DNA from: Vicugna vicugna
Taxonomy: Eukaryota
DNA length: 64,000 bases
NCBI GenBank assembly: GCA_013265495.1
Contig: MU057651.1
Location: 1,871,674 to 1,935,673, forward strand
Reading direction: 5' to 3'
Below are positions 12,361 through 25,185 of this stretch, in pieces; the first letter of the stretch is position 1, and each line of letters starts with the position of its first letter. The notes beneath the pieces were generated by a model that did not search any database, was not told the DNA's origin, and saw only the letters and a program-made list of their open reading frames with translations. The position numbers and the translations under genes were made by a program.

Positions 12361-15300
12361 TTTTTTAAGCATATAAATTGGAAAGGAAGAGATAAAACTG
12401 GTCCCATTTGAAGAAAAAATAAAGAGGAAAGAACATGACAGTTTGGGGGTACCTACTGTGTGTCAAGTATAGTTTATATTGCATCTTATTTAATCTTTTT
12501 AGCAGAAAAGGGAAAGTTTGAGATGCATGCGTTTGCCAGACATTTATCACTCAGCTGCTCTATTCCTGGCTGTATGTTAAGAGTCAGGGAGCAACGGACA
12601 CAAATGCACACAGTAAAATCCGTGCCTCGCTGCACAGACAAACAATGTGTATTGAGATTGCTTCACCAGCAACAGGGGAGGAAAGATGCAAACTTTTGTT
12701 TTGTTAGCTTTTATTTTTCCTCATTGCAGAGTTCTCCATTAAAAATATCTGCTGTAAACGTTTCTGTTGGGTTCTTGTTTTGCTCTGTTCTGTTTCTCAG
12801 CTGCTTTGTAGTTCTCAGGTTTTCCCACGGTGTGTGTACCCGCGACAAAGATGCCTTGTCTGCGCCAGCAACGGAAGGACAGTTTTATCCCCAGAAACTG
12901 GGTCTTGACACAGAAACGGACCCGGAGAAACATCCACAGAAGTGGCCCTGATCCTGGTTCTGCCCACGCTTGTCCCAGTCGCGGTCCCACAATTTCCAGC
13001 TGCACCCGTGGCCCTTTTGTCTTCTTGCAGCCTCAGTTTATCACTCTTGGTGTCCAAGGTCAGTAAGCTTTGGTCCTAACAGGTTCCTCTGACCTTCCTT
13101 TTCCTCTGAAGACTCATACACATGTAGGTCAATCTATTGCTTAGTGAACATACCTACATGTGGGTAGATAGATAAACAGAGCAATGACATTGGGGGAGAG
13201 AAGGGTACAGAGAGGTTTCCATGCTTCCATGTTTAGTGCAAGCCTAGAGCAAATTAGATTTAAGAAAATGGTTGGGCAACGGACAACACCACATTGGATC
13301 TAAAGAGGATCTGCATCCTCTTCCTTTTGTGGCTGCCGTGGTACCAAAAGCCACGCCGCTATGAAGTGAAGTGGCACTCCCAGGGCATCGCCTCCAAACT
13401 GTGTTCTCTTTACATTTTTTATTTTCTTTTTAATACGGATGAGACAAAAATGTTTTCTAACAAGATAGGAAAGATAGACTCTGTCGATTTAGAGGCAAAT
13501 TAGATTGAAGTCAAGAAGAGCCACGAGGGACAATCTTATCATTCACAGGCAATATCACTTTGAAAATACAATCTCTCTCTCTTTTTTTTTCCCCTTTTCC
13601 TTTGGAAACCTAGTTGCTGTCTTTTAAAAAGTGCTTGCGTTAGGAAAACCAACTTATTAAAATGCGCAGGGTCGAGCTGGCCTGACTGTCCCCGACCATC
13701 GGAGTATTTTTATCAGCAATGCACACCGCAGTCTCGTTTTTACAAGAAATGTGGTTCTTCTCGGTTTCGCAAATATGAAAATCATCTCTGTTTGATTTCT
13801 CCATCCCTGGCGGGTCTCCTTCCGGTCTCCCACCCACCCTGGCTGTCACCAGCCTTTGTCATTTGTCCCCTTGTTCCCTGAAAGGACCACCTGTCGCATG
13901 GTGACCAAGGGCTTGGAGCACCGCTGTCTGACGGACAGATGCAGCTTCTTACGCATTCAGAGGCTTCCTTCTGCAAATAAGATAAAACACACTTAGTCCC
14001 TTTGTCTCCTGTCCTTTATCTCTGTGATGGCGCTTGAAATGTGCGGCGGCTTTGTCCCTTTGAGCCTTCCACACTCCTGCCCCAGAGATGTCCAGCGAGC
14101 AAGGGAACTTCTGAAGACGTCGGAGTTGCACATAGCACGTCTCTGATCTGCTGACACCTGGTTTCCCGGCACAGCGTTGGGCTGACAAGGAAGACGTGTT
14201 CGCCGTTGTTTGTAAAGATGACTTACGGTGACAATGGGGATTTTATTCCCTGGGTCGACTTCTTCCGTGGTGGCTCAGGTATTTATCATAATAACAGTGA
14301 CATGAACATTAAGGATTGGGAAAGAGCGGTGATCATTTATTTTTGTCTGAACACAAATATTACAGATTAAAAAAAAAAACAAGTGCATGTATTGGCTGTG
14401 GACGGCTGTGCGGAGGGGCGCTGGTTCTCTGTTCTCGCTGGAGAGGTCGCCTACCCCGTATGGCCCAGGTGTTGTCTCTCTGCAGGTCAGTGCCACCGTT
14501 TTGGACGGCCCTCCCCATGTTGTCCCCAGCTGTGACATCCGCTAGAATTCCCGCCCCATCCCCCGTGAGGCATTTGGACATTTTTTGACCTTCTGGAATT
14601 ATCTGATGCGGTCTTGTGGAAGTGCTGTTTACCCACATGGAGGAAAGCCAAGTCGATTGCCTCGAAGGACCCCTGTTCTCTGCCTGTATCCTCGTCGACA
14701 CACAGGGTCACAGCAGCATCTGGGAATTCTGACCATAGAATGCAGGATGTGAGTCCTCTCCTAGAAACAGACAGCTGTCAGGAGTTTGAGAGACAAGCTT
14801 GAAAAATACGAATTAAAAAACAGCTTTTATTTTTTTTTTCCTCCAAGGGGACAAAGCAGCCTTAAACTCAGCGCTTTTCAAAGCTTCTTTCAGCTTGATG
14901 AAGTGGACCATTGAAAAAGACCACTGACCCAAGGGGAAGAAAAAAGGCTAACAGAGGTGTTTGATCATTTAGTACATTTGCTACATACATCTAATTTTCA
15001 GGTATATATTGCTCAAGTCTTTCTATTCTTTTTGCTTTTCGGTAGCAATCAAGTGACAAAAAAATCAAATTCCCAGATCACACCCGGATTTGGATTTTTT
15101 TATTTGAAAAATTAATTTAGCAAGAGGGAAGAATATATACAATGTTTTGTTGCAATGCTGGGTAATGATGAAAGCTTTACAATCAAAATGGACACAGTTC
15201 TATTTTAAGAACATGGGGTTAGAATTTCTAACCCACCAGGGAAAGCAAGAATTGATACAATTTTGCACTATGCACATTGTGCAAACCTATTGTCAAGGTT

Positions 15301-15734
15301 CCGTCTGGCAAGTGTACCCTTTCCTCGCCTCAAAGTAAGAAAGTCGGCATCTGTGGGGTCAGAGCTGCTGCCAGGACATGAATGAAGGGACCGCCTCATG
15401 GCAGAAAACAGCGCCCACGCAGAATAATCTCAGTCCAAAATAATCCCAGTCATTTTCTGTTTTATTAAATGATCCCCATACATTTGAGTTCTTTTTACTA
15501 AACTAAATAAAGCCAAGAACACAGCGTCTTTACAACTTGATATCCCACCTTCTCACTGGCCTTGTTTCATGAACGTTCTCTGAAGTCTTTTAAGGACATC
15601 GTTTTCAGTGGCTACCTTGTCCCCTGCAACCCTTGGTCCCCTGCAGTCCCACCCAGGCGGGATATTGCATAAATGTGAACACACACAAACCCATGTACAT
15701 GTTCAAGTAAGTCTTCAGATGTTAAAAGCAGCAT

Positions 15735-16161
15735 TTTAAAATATATTTTTAGTGAAATCTAGTCTGTTTACAATGTCGTGTCAATTTCCGGTGCACAGCA
15801 CAATGCTTCAGTCATACATGCACATACATATATTCATTTTCATGTTCTTTTTCCTTATAAATTGCTACAATATAATACAGTTCTCTGTGCTGTGCAGTAG
15901 AAACTTGTTGTTTATCTATTTTATACATAGTAGTTAGTGTCTGCTAATCTCAAACTCCCAGTTTATCCCTTCCCACCCCCTTCCCTCCCCAGTAACGATG
16001 GCTTTATTTTCTATGTCTGTGAGCCTGTTTCTGTTTTGTGAATAAGTTTATTTATTTATTTTCTTAAGATTCTCCACATGAGCGATCTCATATGGTATTT
16101 TTCTTTCTCTTTCTGGCTCACTTCGCTTAGAATGATGACCTCCAGGCCCATCCATGTTGCA
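15735..16161 (-). mobile_element. L1 3' end with 11-bp TSD
   Basis: Reverse complement of the same 3' UTR family; aaaagcagcat at 15724-15734 and 16162-16172. Confidence 0.9.
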
Positions 16162-17449
16162 AAAAGCAGCATGTTTATTCTACTATATCTGGAAAGCGTA
16201 AGAACACATGGAAAATGGCAAGGTTGATCACGATCCAATCTTTCATGAAAAACCACTATTATTCTTTTTAAATGCATTTACCATCCATCTTGAAACAAAT
16301 GCCCTGGTCCTGATTTTACCTATAAATTGTAATTCCCCTGTCATCAAAATATATTTAAATGTCATTTTACAGAATAAATATATACATATATATTAATATA
16401 TACATAATCCAATGATAAGAATTCATCCTAATTTATGTATTTTTCCCTAGCTTTGAGCCTAGATTGTTTCAGATTTTCATTACCGTAAAAACCTTTCTCA
16501 CCACACATGCCAGATTTCTGAAGATTATTAAACTAGAACCAATATTCTGAAAAGTACGACCATTTTGAAGGGCCTGATCATTATTAGCCAACACACCCAA
16601 CCGTGTGTACACACTTGCTCTGTGAACGGGAGAGAGCGTTCAAACATAGATTTCACTCTATTCCGAGTTATAGACGCTTAACGGACCAACAGAACGGAGG
16701 GAGAAATGCACTGGAGATTCATTTCAGTTTTCAGCAAATGTCTTAAGCAACCACGTGGGATATTTTCAAAAAGGTCCCTCCCCCAAAACGGGAAAAGAAG
16801 TTAATTTCCTAAGAATATAGAAGAATTTAAGAAAAACTGTGTTGGCGTAATTTGAATTAATGTCAAGGGAGCATTTACTTCTTTGCTGATGATTATGTTA
16901 GAAAAAGAACCCGTATCTCTTCGAGTCACTGCTGATGGGGTTTTTGTGGGGAAGATATTAATGACATAGGAATGGTAACATTTCCAGGAGTCCTTCCCCC
17001 TCCACTGGATTCGATGGAGTCCCCCAGCCCAGATGCCTGTGTCGTGGCAAGCACTCAGTGAACGCTGGCTGGCTTGAATGAAGGGAGATGCTTTGTTAAT
17101 TATGTCAGCAAATGTTTGCAACTAAATAAAAGAGTTCTGCTGACATCCCAGTGCAAATAGTTTTTTTTTTAATGGCCTGGGAAAATGTGCAGATTGAATT
17201 ATAGATGGTCAGAACTGAAACAGAAATTAGGAAATTAGAAAGTTAGGCATTTCCATTTGGGAAAGCAAAGTCAAGGAGAGATGTAAGTTGGCCATGGTCA
17301 GAGTCAACATAGTGTACGGCCCACCTCCAGTTATAATACAGACCTGCCCTTAAATTCGTCATGTGCTTTTGTTAGCATTAACTAGCTTACAGACTGCTTG
17401 AATTCACATTCTTGTAAGGTGGCACCATTTGCAAAAGCCAGCATTCAGT

Positions 17450-17673
17450 CTTTTTTTTTAAATTTCATTTTATTGACTTGCAGTCAGTTGACAGTGTTGT
17501 GTCAATTTCCAGTGCAGAGCACTTCTCAGCTACCCATGCATAGATTCACTGTCGCATTCTTTTCCCCCGTGAGCTACCACAAGATCTTGTATACATTTCC
17601 CTGTGCTCTACAGGATAATCTTGCTTATCTATTCTATACATACCTGTTAGGATCTGCACATTTCGAACTCCCA
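17450..17673 (-). mobile_element. Short L1 3' UTR fragment
   Basis: T-tract then 'gtgttgtgtcaatttccagtg...gagctaccacaagatcttgtatacatttccctgtgct'; same subfamily as 62500-62751. Confidence 0.85.
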
Positions 17674-18599
17674 TTCAACCATTTTTGACTTAACAATGTC
17701 AACTGTTTGGCTCATACGCTTAACATGCTGTGGTTTGATAACTGTTTATTTTTGATCACTATCTTAAAAATATGTCTTAATAAAATACAGCCCTCCATCC
17801 TGAAAGTCTCTACTGTATTTAACTTCCTTGAAAGCCATGGTCTCTATTTTTAATAAACGCATTAGTCTTAAAATAGATCAATTAACATTTTAGTAATTAA
17901 GCACAATAGCTTGTGGAAGGAATAATTTATTTGGTCCGGAAATTGGATTTAGGCTTCATTTATTGTTTTCCACTAATAGGAAGTTTGCAATTCAATTTAA
18001 AAACAATACAGGCCTTCCAACGTTCATAATTTTATAAACAATTTTCAATATTTATTACAAATAAACACCATGGTTTAAATACATATTTCGGCTTCAAGAA
18101 CCTCTGACTTCTCAAGCCTTTGGGCCGGTTGTTTAATTATGCAAGGATGCTGATTAAGACTGAAGTGTGGGTTGATTTGATATGTGGGTGTGTATTTTTA
18201 TGTTATGCTAGGAAACCATTGATTAAGACGCTGTGTTAGCATTGTTCTCTTTGTCCACTGATGCTGACAGTTCATTTGCTGAATTGCACGGTGTTTTATT
18301 TAACAAAATCATCTATTAAGGAATAAATCTTCTCTTTCTTTGGCCAAGTTATCAAATTGAAGGAGCTGGACAATCTGCCCTCCCGAGAACCCCAGCAACA
18401 AATGAGGCAGACCCGTCAGTAAGGAATAATGAGCCATGAAGGGAACAACTGATGTCTGCATTTGTGTACGTGATTTAAAATATGCACGAAACTGGGGTCT
18501 CCCTGTCACACATACAAGCACTTCCTGGATTTCTTTGACTCCAGAAGGCATTTGTGGTGGATGGATGGGTGGTTTATTTAATACCAGTTTTTCTGCTCG

Positions 18600-19105
18600 A
18601 GGGTTCCCTTTTCTCCACAGCCTCTCCAGCATTTGTCATTTGTGGATTTTTGAAGGATGTCCATTCTGACTGGTGTGAGGTGATACCTCATCGTAGTTTT
18701 GATTTTTATATCTCTTAGAATTAGCCATATTGACCATTTTTTTTCATGCACCAATTGGCCATTTGTATGTCTTCATTGGCGAATTGCTTGTTTAGGTCTT
18801 ATGCCCATTTTTTAATTTTTTCATTCTTTTTGTTGTTATTAAGTTGTATGAGCTGTTTATAGATTCTGGAAATTAAGCCCTTGGCAGCTGCATCGTTTGC
18901 AAATATTTTCTCCCACTCTGTAGGTTGTTTTTTTGTTTTGTTTATGGTTTCCTTTGCCGTGTGAAAACTTATAAGTTTGATTAGGCCTCATTTGTTTATT
19001 TTTGCTTTTATTTCTATTGCCTGGGCAGACTGCCCTAGGAGAATATTGCTATGATTTATGTCAGATAATGTTTGGCCTGTTTTTCTTCTAGGAGATTTAT
19101 CATGT
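18600..19105 (-). mobile_element. L1 ORF2 fragment
   Basis: 'gggttcccttttctccacagcctctccagcatttgtcatttgtgga...ccattctgactggtgtgaggtgatacctcat' = antisense L1 ORF2. Confidence 0.9.
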
Positions 19106-19699
19106 GAATAAGCGTCTTAGTTATGCAAAGGATGCAATCTGAAACGGCCCTCGGTCCCACATCTTGACATGGGGCCTAGACTGACTGGTTGCCAACAGCA
19201 ACCAGAACACACCGAGTGTAAGACTTCAGGTCTGCGGGAGAGATCCAGGAGGTGACTTTCTATATGAGGCAGTTGCATAGTTTCTGTTTTCCGTACCAAA
19301 GATCATAATCAATTGACTCTGTAACCAAGTCTGATTTTCTTCCCAGAACAAAGGCAGACATATTACGCATTTGTCTCATGAATGAAGACTTTAAAGGAAA
19401 AGTGTTAGCGTTTCTCTGCTGTGTTCCTCTGACTCAGGCCTCTGTAATAATTCCAGAATTTGTCCATTTCCTGAATAACTGTGAATGCAAGCAAGCATTT
19501 CATTCCAGGAGACTCGTAATGCCATGGCAGTGCCATGCCTTATTCTAAGAACCCAGTGGAATAAGTCTTCTGGGGCACAAGAGCCTCCCAGCCACAGCCA
19601 GGACCCCCAAGCCACACTCAAGCCATCTGGGCCGGCTGTTTACCTGACATTCTGTTCCAAGCAGAACATTCTGATCTAAGGCTTCAGAAACATCCAGTC

Positions 19700-19805
19700 A
19701 TTAACTCAACCAGGCAACTCATTTTTATTGATGAGGAAATGCTATTGAAGTAACTTATCCAAGGTTTCCAGCTAATATAAGCAGACAGAATTGGAACCCA
19801 GGGAA
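19700..19805 (-). mobile_element. MIR SINE remnant
   Basis: 'ctcatttttattgatgaggaaat...gaagtaacttatccaagg...cagcta' resembles the MIR core. Confidence 0.55.
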
Positions 19806-22800
19806 GCTGCCTCGGAGGGCGGACTCAGTGTTTAAACCTTTAGATCTCCCTTAATCCTCTCCTCAGCCCACCTGCATGTCCATCAGAAAATCAAAAGCAA
19901 AAATGAAACAGAGCCACCTGCTGCATGTTTGAATGACGCGCGGTGAGAGCCCTTCTTGGAGGCCGGAACGGCTGAGATGAGTGGCGGGCGGTGCAAAGAT
20001 GCCTGTCACCTTCAACAGCTTGGAAATTGCTGGCTGGGAAATTGTTGGAAATTGCAGCTGTCGTGGAGAAGGTCGGAAAATAGGATAGTTTTGCTGTGTT
20101 ATTAGTTGATATAAGCAGTGTTTGTCAAGGTGTTCAAAGGAAGGAGAGAAAGAGAAATCACAGAGAGAGGAGGAGCCTGAGGAATGAATTCTGCAAGCAG
20201 AAATGAAAAAAACAAAACAAAACTCCAGCACCAACAGAGAAGCCCAAAGTTTGTAGCTTTAGATGTGGGGACAACCAACTGCCAGGCGGCCCCAATATCC
20301 ACACGTGGGTCTGAGGAAAGTCCTCGAATGACAAAGACCCAGGAGGACCTCTGGTGGGTCGCAAGGAACCAGGACAAAATCCCACTGCGGGATTGGTGAT
20401 GGCCCTCCCACCTCTGGTCCCGGGCAGGACAGAACAGGGCAGCCTGTGTCAGGTACAGAGGAAGGATCCGCAGCAAGAAATCAAACACAGACAGCAAATT
20501 CAAGGACTACCTCGAAAAATAATTTGGGGTCTGGTGACTGATGCCGAACGGTCTGGAAAATAATGAGTTTCCCCAATTCTAAGACAGTCCCCCCTTCCCC
20601 CACATTTTAGCGTCTGACAAATAAGGGATGTCAGATATAAATAGGTTTTTGCTTTCATTTTCTTAGTGGGACATAAATAATGATGATTCTTACAACAGAT
20701 GACAGGGCACCATTATATAAGGAACTGTGCAGAAAGCAAATTAACAACAGCAAAAATAAAAATGAAAGCATCACCATGGGATGGAAACGCTTTTGACTGT
20801 ACTGACGGGGCTCCCAGTGTTTCGCAGCGGGACCTGGGCTGCAAAGCTGGGAGCCCCCAGACCCTCGCATCCCCAGGGGTCCAGGGAGAGGATGGAAAGG
20901 CATCTACTGGACTAAGACGCACCCCAGGAGGCCGACTCAGGGCTCTTGCCTAAGGATGATGGAGCAGGGACACTGGCCAGGATGCAGGATGTGTGACATG
21001 CACCCTCCCTGAGAGCATTTACATGGACCGGAGGGGGTGTGGGCTCGCCGCCCCCGTCAGTCATCATGCAGTAATTTTCACTAAGTCCGAGCACAGCGTT
21101 GTTTTTCTAAATTCAAACTGCTGCACCGAGTCAGAGGGTACCGCTTAGGACTCAGGGCTTAGAGACTGGTGGCCAACCCAGGGTCCAAAGGGGAAAAAGC
21201 CTCGTTTACAGGTAACATCTGCTTGTAGGACCCAGTCCCCAAGAGAGCACTTCTCATGGAAGCCATAAAATATACAAATGGTCTCGAAACAACAGCCGAT
21301 TCTGTGTTGCGCTTCATCAAGCCAGAATCATCAAATGCTTTTTTTTTTCTTTCTTTTTCCAGCAACTGTAGACTCTGAGGCTGGTGGACTGTAAGTCGAC
21401 AAATATTTTCTCCAAAGAATGAACCCATTTGGGAAAACCCGACCCAGACCTTTGTGGGTTTTCCTGGTCCTTTTTTTTTTTTTTTTGAGGATTTATTCAA
21501 AATGCAGGGAAAGTATTCTTGCGTTTCTGAAGGATGCTGGTTTTGTTTGTGGGGCAGTTTCATTAAATATGAGTGCTTTCCCTGCACATTATCCCCTGCC
21601 CACCTTCCCCACGCAAAAATTATGGAGTGGTCATTCAACTCAGAATAGGGAAATGTCAGCGAATTTCAGGATCCAGGATGTTTGCACTGCATGTGGATTA
21701 ACTATTTTTAGCCTACACGTAAGACTTATGTTTAGAGACGGAAGTCAGCTGGTATGGCCTTATTTATGGTGTGATCCGACTGAGAGACAAAGTTGGCTGT
21801 GCTGACGGACCCAAATACATACATTTTAACTTAGTTTGTTTAATTCTAACGGTGCCTGGTGACCAATGGTAACATCTGCTTGAAGTTTTCAGACCTCACA
21901 AAGGATCTTCCCTTTTTCACTGTTTTCCGACTTGAAGCAGACCTCTTAGATTAACTTCCAAAAGACTGGCAATGTCTGAATTCAGGAGCTAAATTCCATT
22001 TGAAATGACCTCGTGTCTTGTGATTACCGATCGGAAGTTAGACATCACCCTGGAGACAGCATTCAGACCGTGCCAACTTTTGTTGGCTTCATTGACTCTC
22101 ATGTGTATTTTGTAAACTCAGATTTATTTTATCAGGACTTCATCTTCCTGAACGGTTAACGTGCTTTTATTTGGCTTGGAAAGTTTACTTATTCACTAAT
22201 TTAAGTGTCGCAGCAGAAGCAGCGATATGCTTCTCAGCAGTGATAGCTCATACTCCTATTCTATTCGGTTATTTTACTTTATTTAACTCCATTTCATGGA
22301 TTCTTACTTGCAGGGGAGATTAGATATTTCCCCAGCAGCGTAAACAGCAAAGTCTCCTTTGGCGACTGGGTGAGATCAGACTCTGGAGGTGGAGTGTTTA
22401 GAATTCCCCAAATCTAGATTATCCATGGCTGTTGGAGAGCAGACGTCTAGCACTTAACAAGATCCCTTTGGCCAAGAGATCGAGGGTGCCCAGCTACACT
22501 GGGGATGACACCCAGTGTTGATCATGAGCCCTTCACAGCTCTTGTAAAAAGCCCGAGGATGAAGATATGATTGTAGTAAAAGACAGACTTCCAGGCTCTG
22601 CCTGGGGAAACGTGCTTTTCAAAGGGTGGACCTCTGAGTTATGGTGGGGTATGAATACAGAAGACAGAAATGTGTTTGGTCATTCGAGTCATGAGGTAAG
22701 ATTCTGGCTCTAAAACTTAGGAAATTGCAAACTTGGGGGAAGAAAAAATCTTCTACCTCTCTTTACTCATCAGGGGCTTTGATGTTGATGTGGGGAGGGG

Positions 22801-22909
22801 AAAGGAGGTGAGTTAAAGACTGAAAATATGTTGTGGTGCCTCTAAAAATGAGAGAGTGGGCCAGGCTAGTGGAAGGGAGTGAGAAGGCCCCAGAAAGATC
22901 AGGAGCTGT

Positions 22910-23343
22910 TGTTGCCAGAGTGTAGGCTCTTTGCTCGTGCAAGGAGTTCCAGAGTGAGGCATGGTAAAGTGAAGGCAAGTTCATCGAGAGAGATGCACCG
23001 TCCATGGACACAGCGCGGGCCACCCCAGAAAGGTGAGAGGGAGAGACACCACAAGGTGCGGGGTTGTTCGGTCATATGGGCTTGGTAATCTCATATGCTA
23101 ACGAGCAGGAGGATTATACCAGCAACTTTGGAGAAGCACCAGGGATTTCCAGGAATCAGGTCCCCACCCACTCTTGGACTTGTTAGGGTCAGCCTGGAAC
23201 TGTCATGGCACCCTTGGGTGGGCCATGGGGCTCAAGGTCAACTGGAAGTCGAGTCTTCCGCCATCTTGGTTGTAACCAGTTTGTCCCCAATGGCTGTGCC
23301 CTTCCTTCAATGGTGGCACCCTGCCCCCATCTCTGTTGTCTCA
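22910..23343 (-). mobile_element. ERV1-class solo LTR, family B (copy 2), TG...CA ends
   Basis: Starts tgttgcc, ends gtctca; 4-bp flanks ctgt/ctat (TSD with one mismatch); colinear with 6950-7380. Confidence 0.85.
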
Positions 23344-23891
23344 CTATTTGTGCAGATGGACACAGTAGGCTTGATGTCTTCCTGATAAGACGAGTGGACT
23401 CATCATTTAAGTTTACACTTAAGTTCAAATTAACAGGAATTAAATACAGCGTCTTAGGATTTTATGAAACTAAATATCTAATCCTGATGAGGATGTGAGC
23501 TTTTTCCAGCATGGGCTTTTTTTAAACTTTTGCCTGTCTGCCACATGCAGTGTGACTCAGTTCTCACACCTCACTTCTCAATTTGAATTACAGCCATTCT
23601 TTCTCTCTAACAGGCTCGACTGACAAAGTCCCAGCTCTGCTTAAACCCAACCACTTAGCTTCGCTCTACTTCACAGAACAGCTGATTATCATCGGAGGGA
23701 AATGCACAACTTGGTCAGATTTCACTTTAACTTCAAGCTCAAAATTTCAAATGAATGTTAAATACTACCTCCCACCCCCACCCTAATATTTTCTCTTGGT
23801 ATTTTAGCATTCCTTTTCCCCATAACTTCAACTTCACACCTTTCTTCTCTCTTCTCAATCCTCCTATACTGCACCCCCAGTTACCAGCAAT

Positions 23892-23924
<33 letters not shown>

Positions 23925-23928
23925 ACAC
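23892..23928. repeat. (CA)n microsatellite, 14 perfect units plus an interrupted tail
   Basis: Directly visible. Confidence 0.98.
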
Positions 23929-23989
23929 GATCTCCATCATTCTGTTCAGACTCCATTGAGACATTAGAACCAATCAGATTAGGGTTTTC

Positions 23990-25180
23990 CCCCTCCCACA
24001 AGAGTAGCCATCATTTTATATGTATCTGTTTCTACATTCTCTACTTTTTCATCTTAAATTACCTGGATGAAATGTCCTGGTTCCTCCTATCCAAGGTCAA
24101 CCCTTCTAATTCTGCCTTGATTTAAAATCCTCCCACCTTATCAAAATTTGGTTTCTTCAATTCCTATCTGTCTATCACCCAGCACAAATTTCCGTCTCAA
24201 CTCTGGACCACTCTTGTCAGCGTCCATGCTTGTTACATAGCTCCCACTTCAGAAAGGAAAATGCCTCTTAGGTCCACATCCCTCTGCTTGAGTTGTGGCC
24301 TCATCTCAGCTTTCCCACTGGACGACTTCTTAACACCTTTATCCAGAGTCACTGCCTCCCCCTTTTCACGTCATCTGTGCTCCCTCTGACATGCTTCCTC
24401 TCGAGGTTGTCAGTGACACTCATGCTGTCAGGTCCAATGTCCACACGTCCCTGCTTTTAATCCCTCTGTCTACTTTTTGAAACACTTCCCTTTCTTGACT
24501 TTCTTCAGGGACCTGAAACTCGAAGTCATTTCTTTCCCACATCCTAGGCTTCTTCTTCTTGGTCATTCAAAATCGATCTCTCTCTTCCTTGGTGAAGGAA
24601 ATGAATGGAATTGAAAATGCAGGATTGCTCCTGGGTTCTGTCTTGGCCTATTTCCTCATCCTTTCTGTCTCTGCGTGATCTTAGTGAGCCCTGCGGGTCA
24701 TCGTGTGCTCTGTACATTTTTAGCTCTAGACATCTGCTGAATCATGGAGTGCCACCTTCTTGACATTTCCACTTGTCTACCTAATTGGGTGTCTCAAAAT
24801 AAACAAGGGCAAGTCAGAATTCTTGATTCCCTTATCCCCAGACTTGCTTTTTTTTTCCCTCAGTCTTCTTCATCAAGTCACAACCCAAGATTAACTTTGA
24901 TCTCTCTATTTTCCACAACGTCTATGTTTAATCTCTGAGCCTGTCCCTGGTGACAGTAGCTCTAAAACACATCCTGGATTACTTCACTCCCCCCATCACT
25001 CCTGTCACACTGGTTTTCTCCATCCTCAGTCATCTGGATCACAGCAGGAGCCACCAAACTAATTTCTTCCTTTCCTCCCTGATTCCCTTATGCGATTCAT
25101 CTACATGATAGCTTGAGTTATCACTTACAAATGAAACTCACACACAGCTCACAGCATCTCCACATTTAAAATTAACCAGT
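23990..25180 (+). mobile_element. L2 LINE remnant (5' part, interrupted by an L1)
   Basis: Pyrimidine-rich strand with L2-like motifs 'cttcttgacatttccacttg', 'ctctaaaacacatcctgga', 'catctggatcacagcagg'. Confidence 0.65.
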
Positions 25181-25185
25181 GTTTC

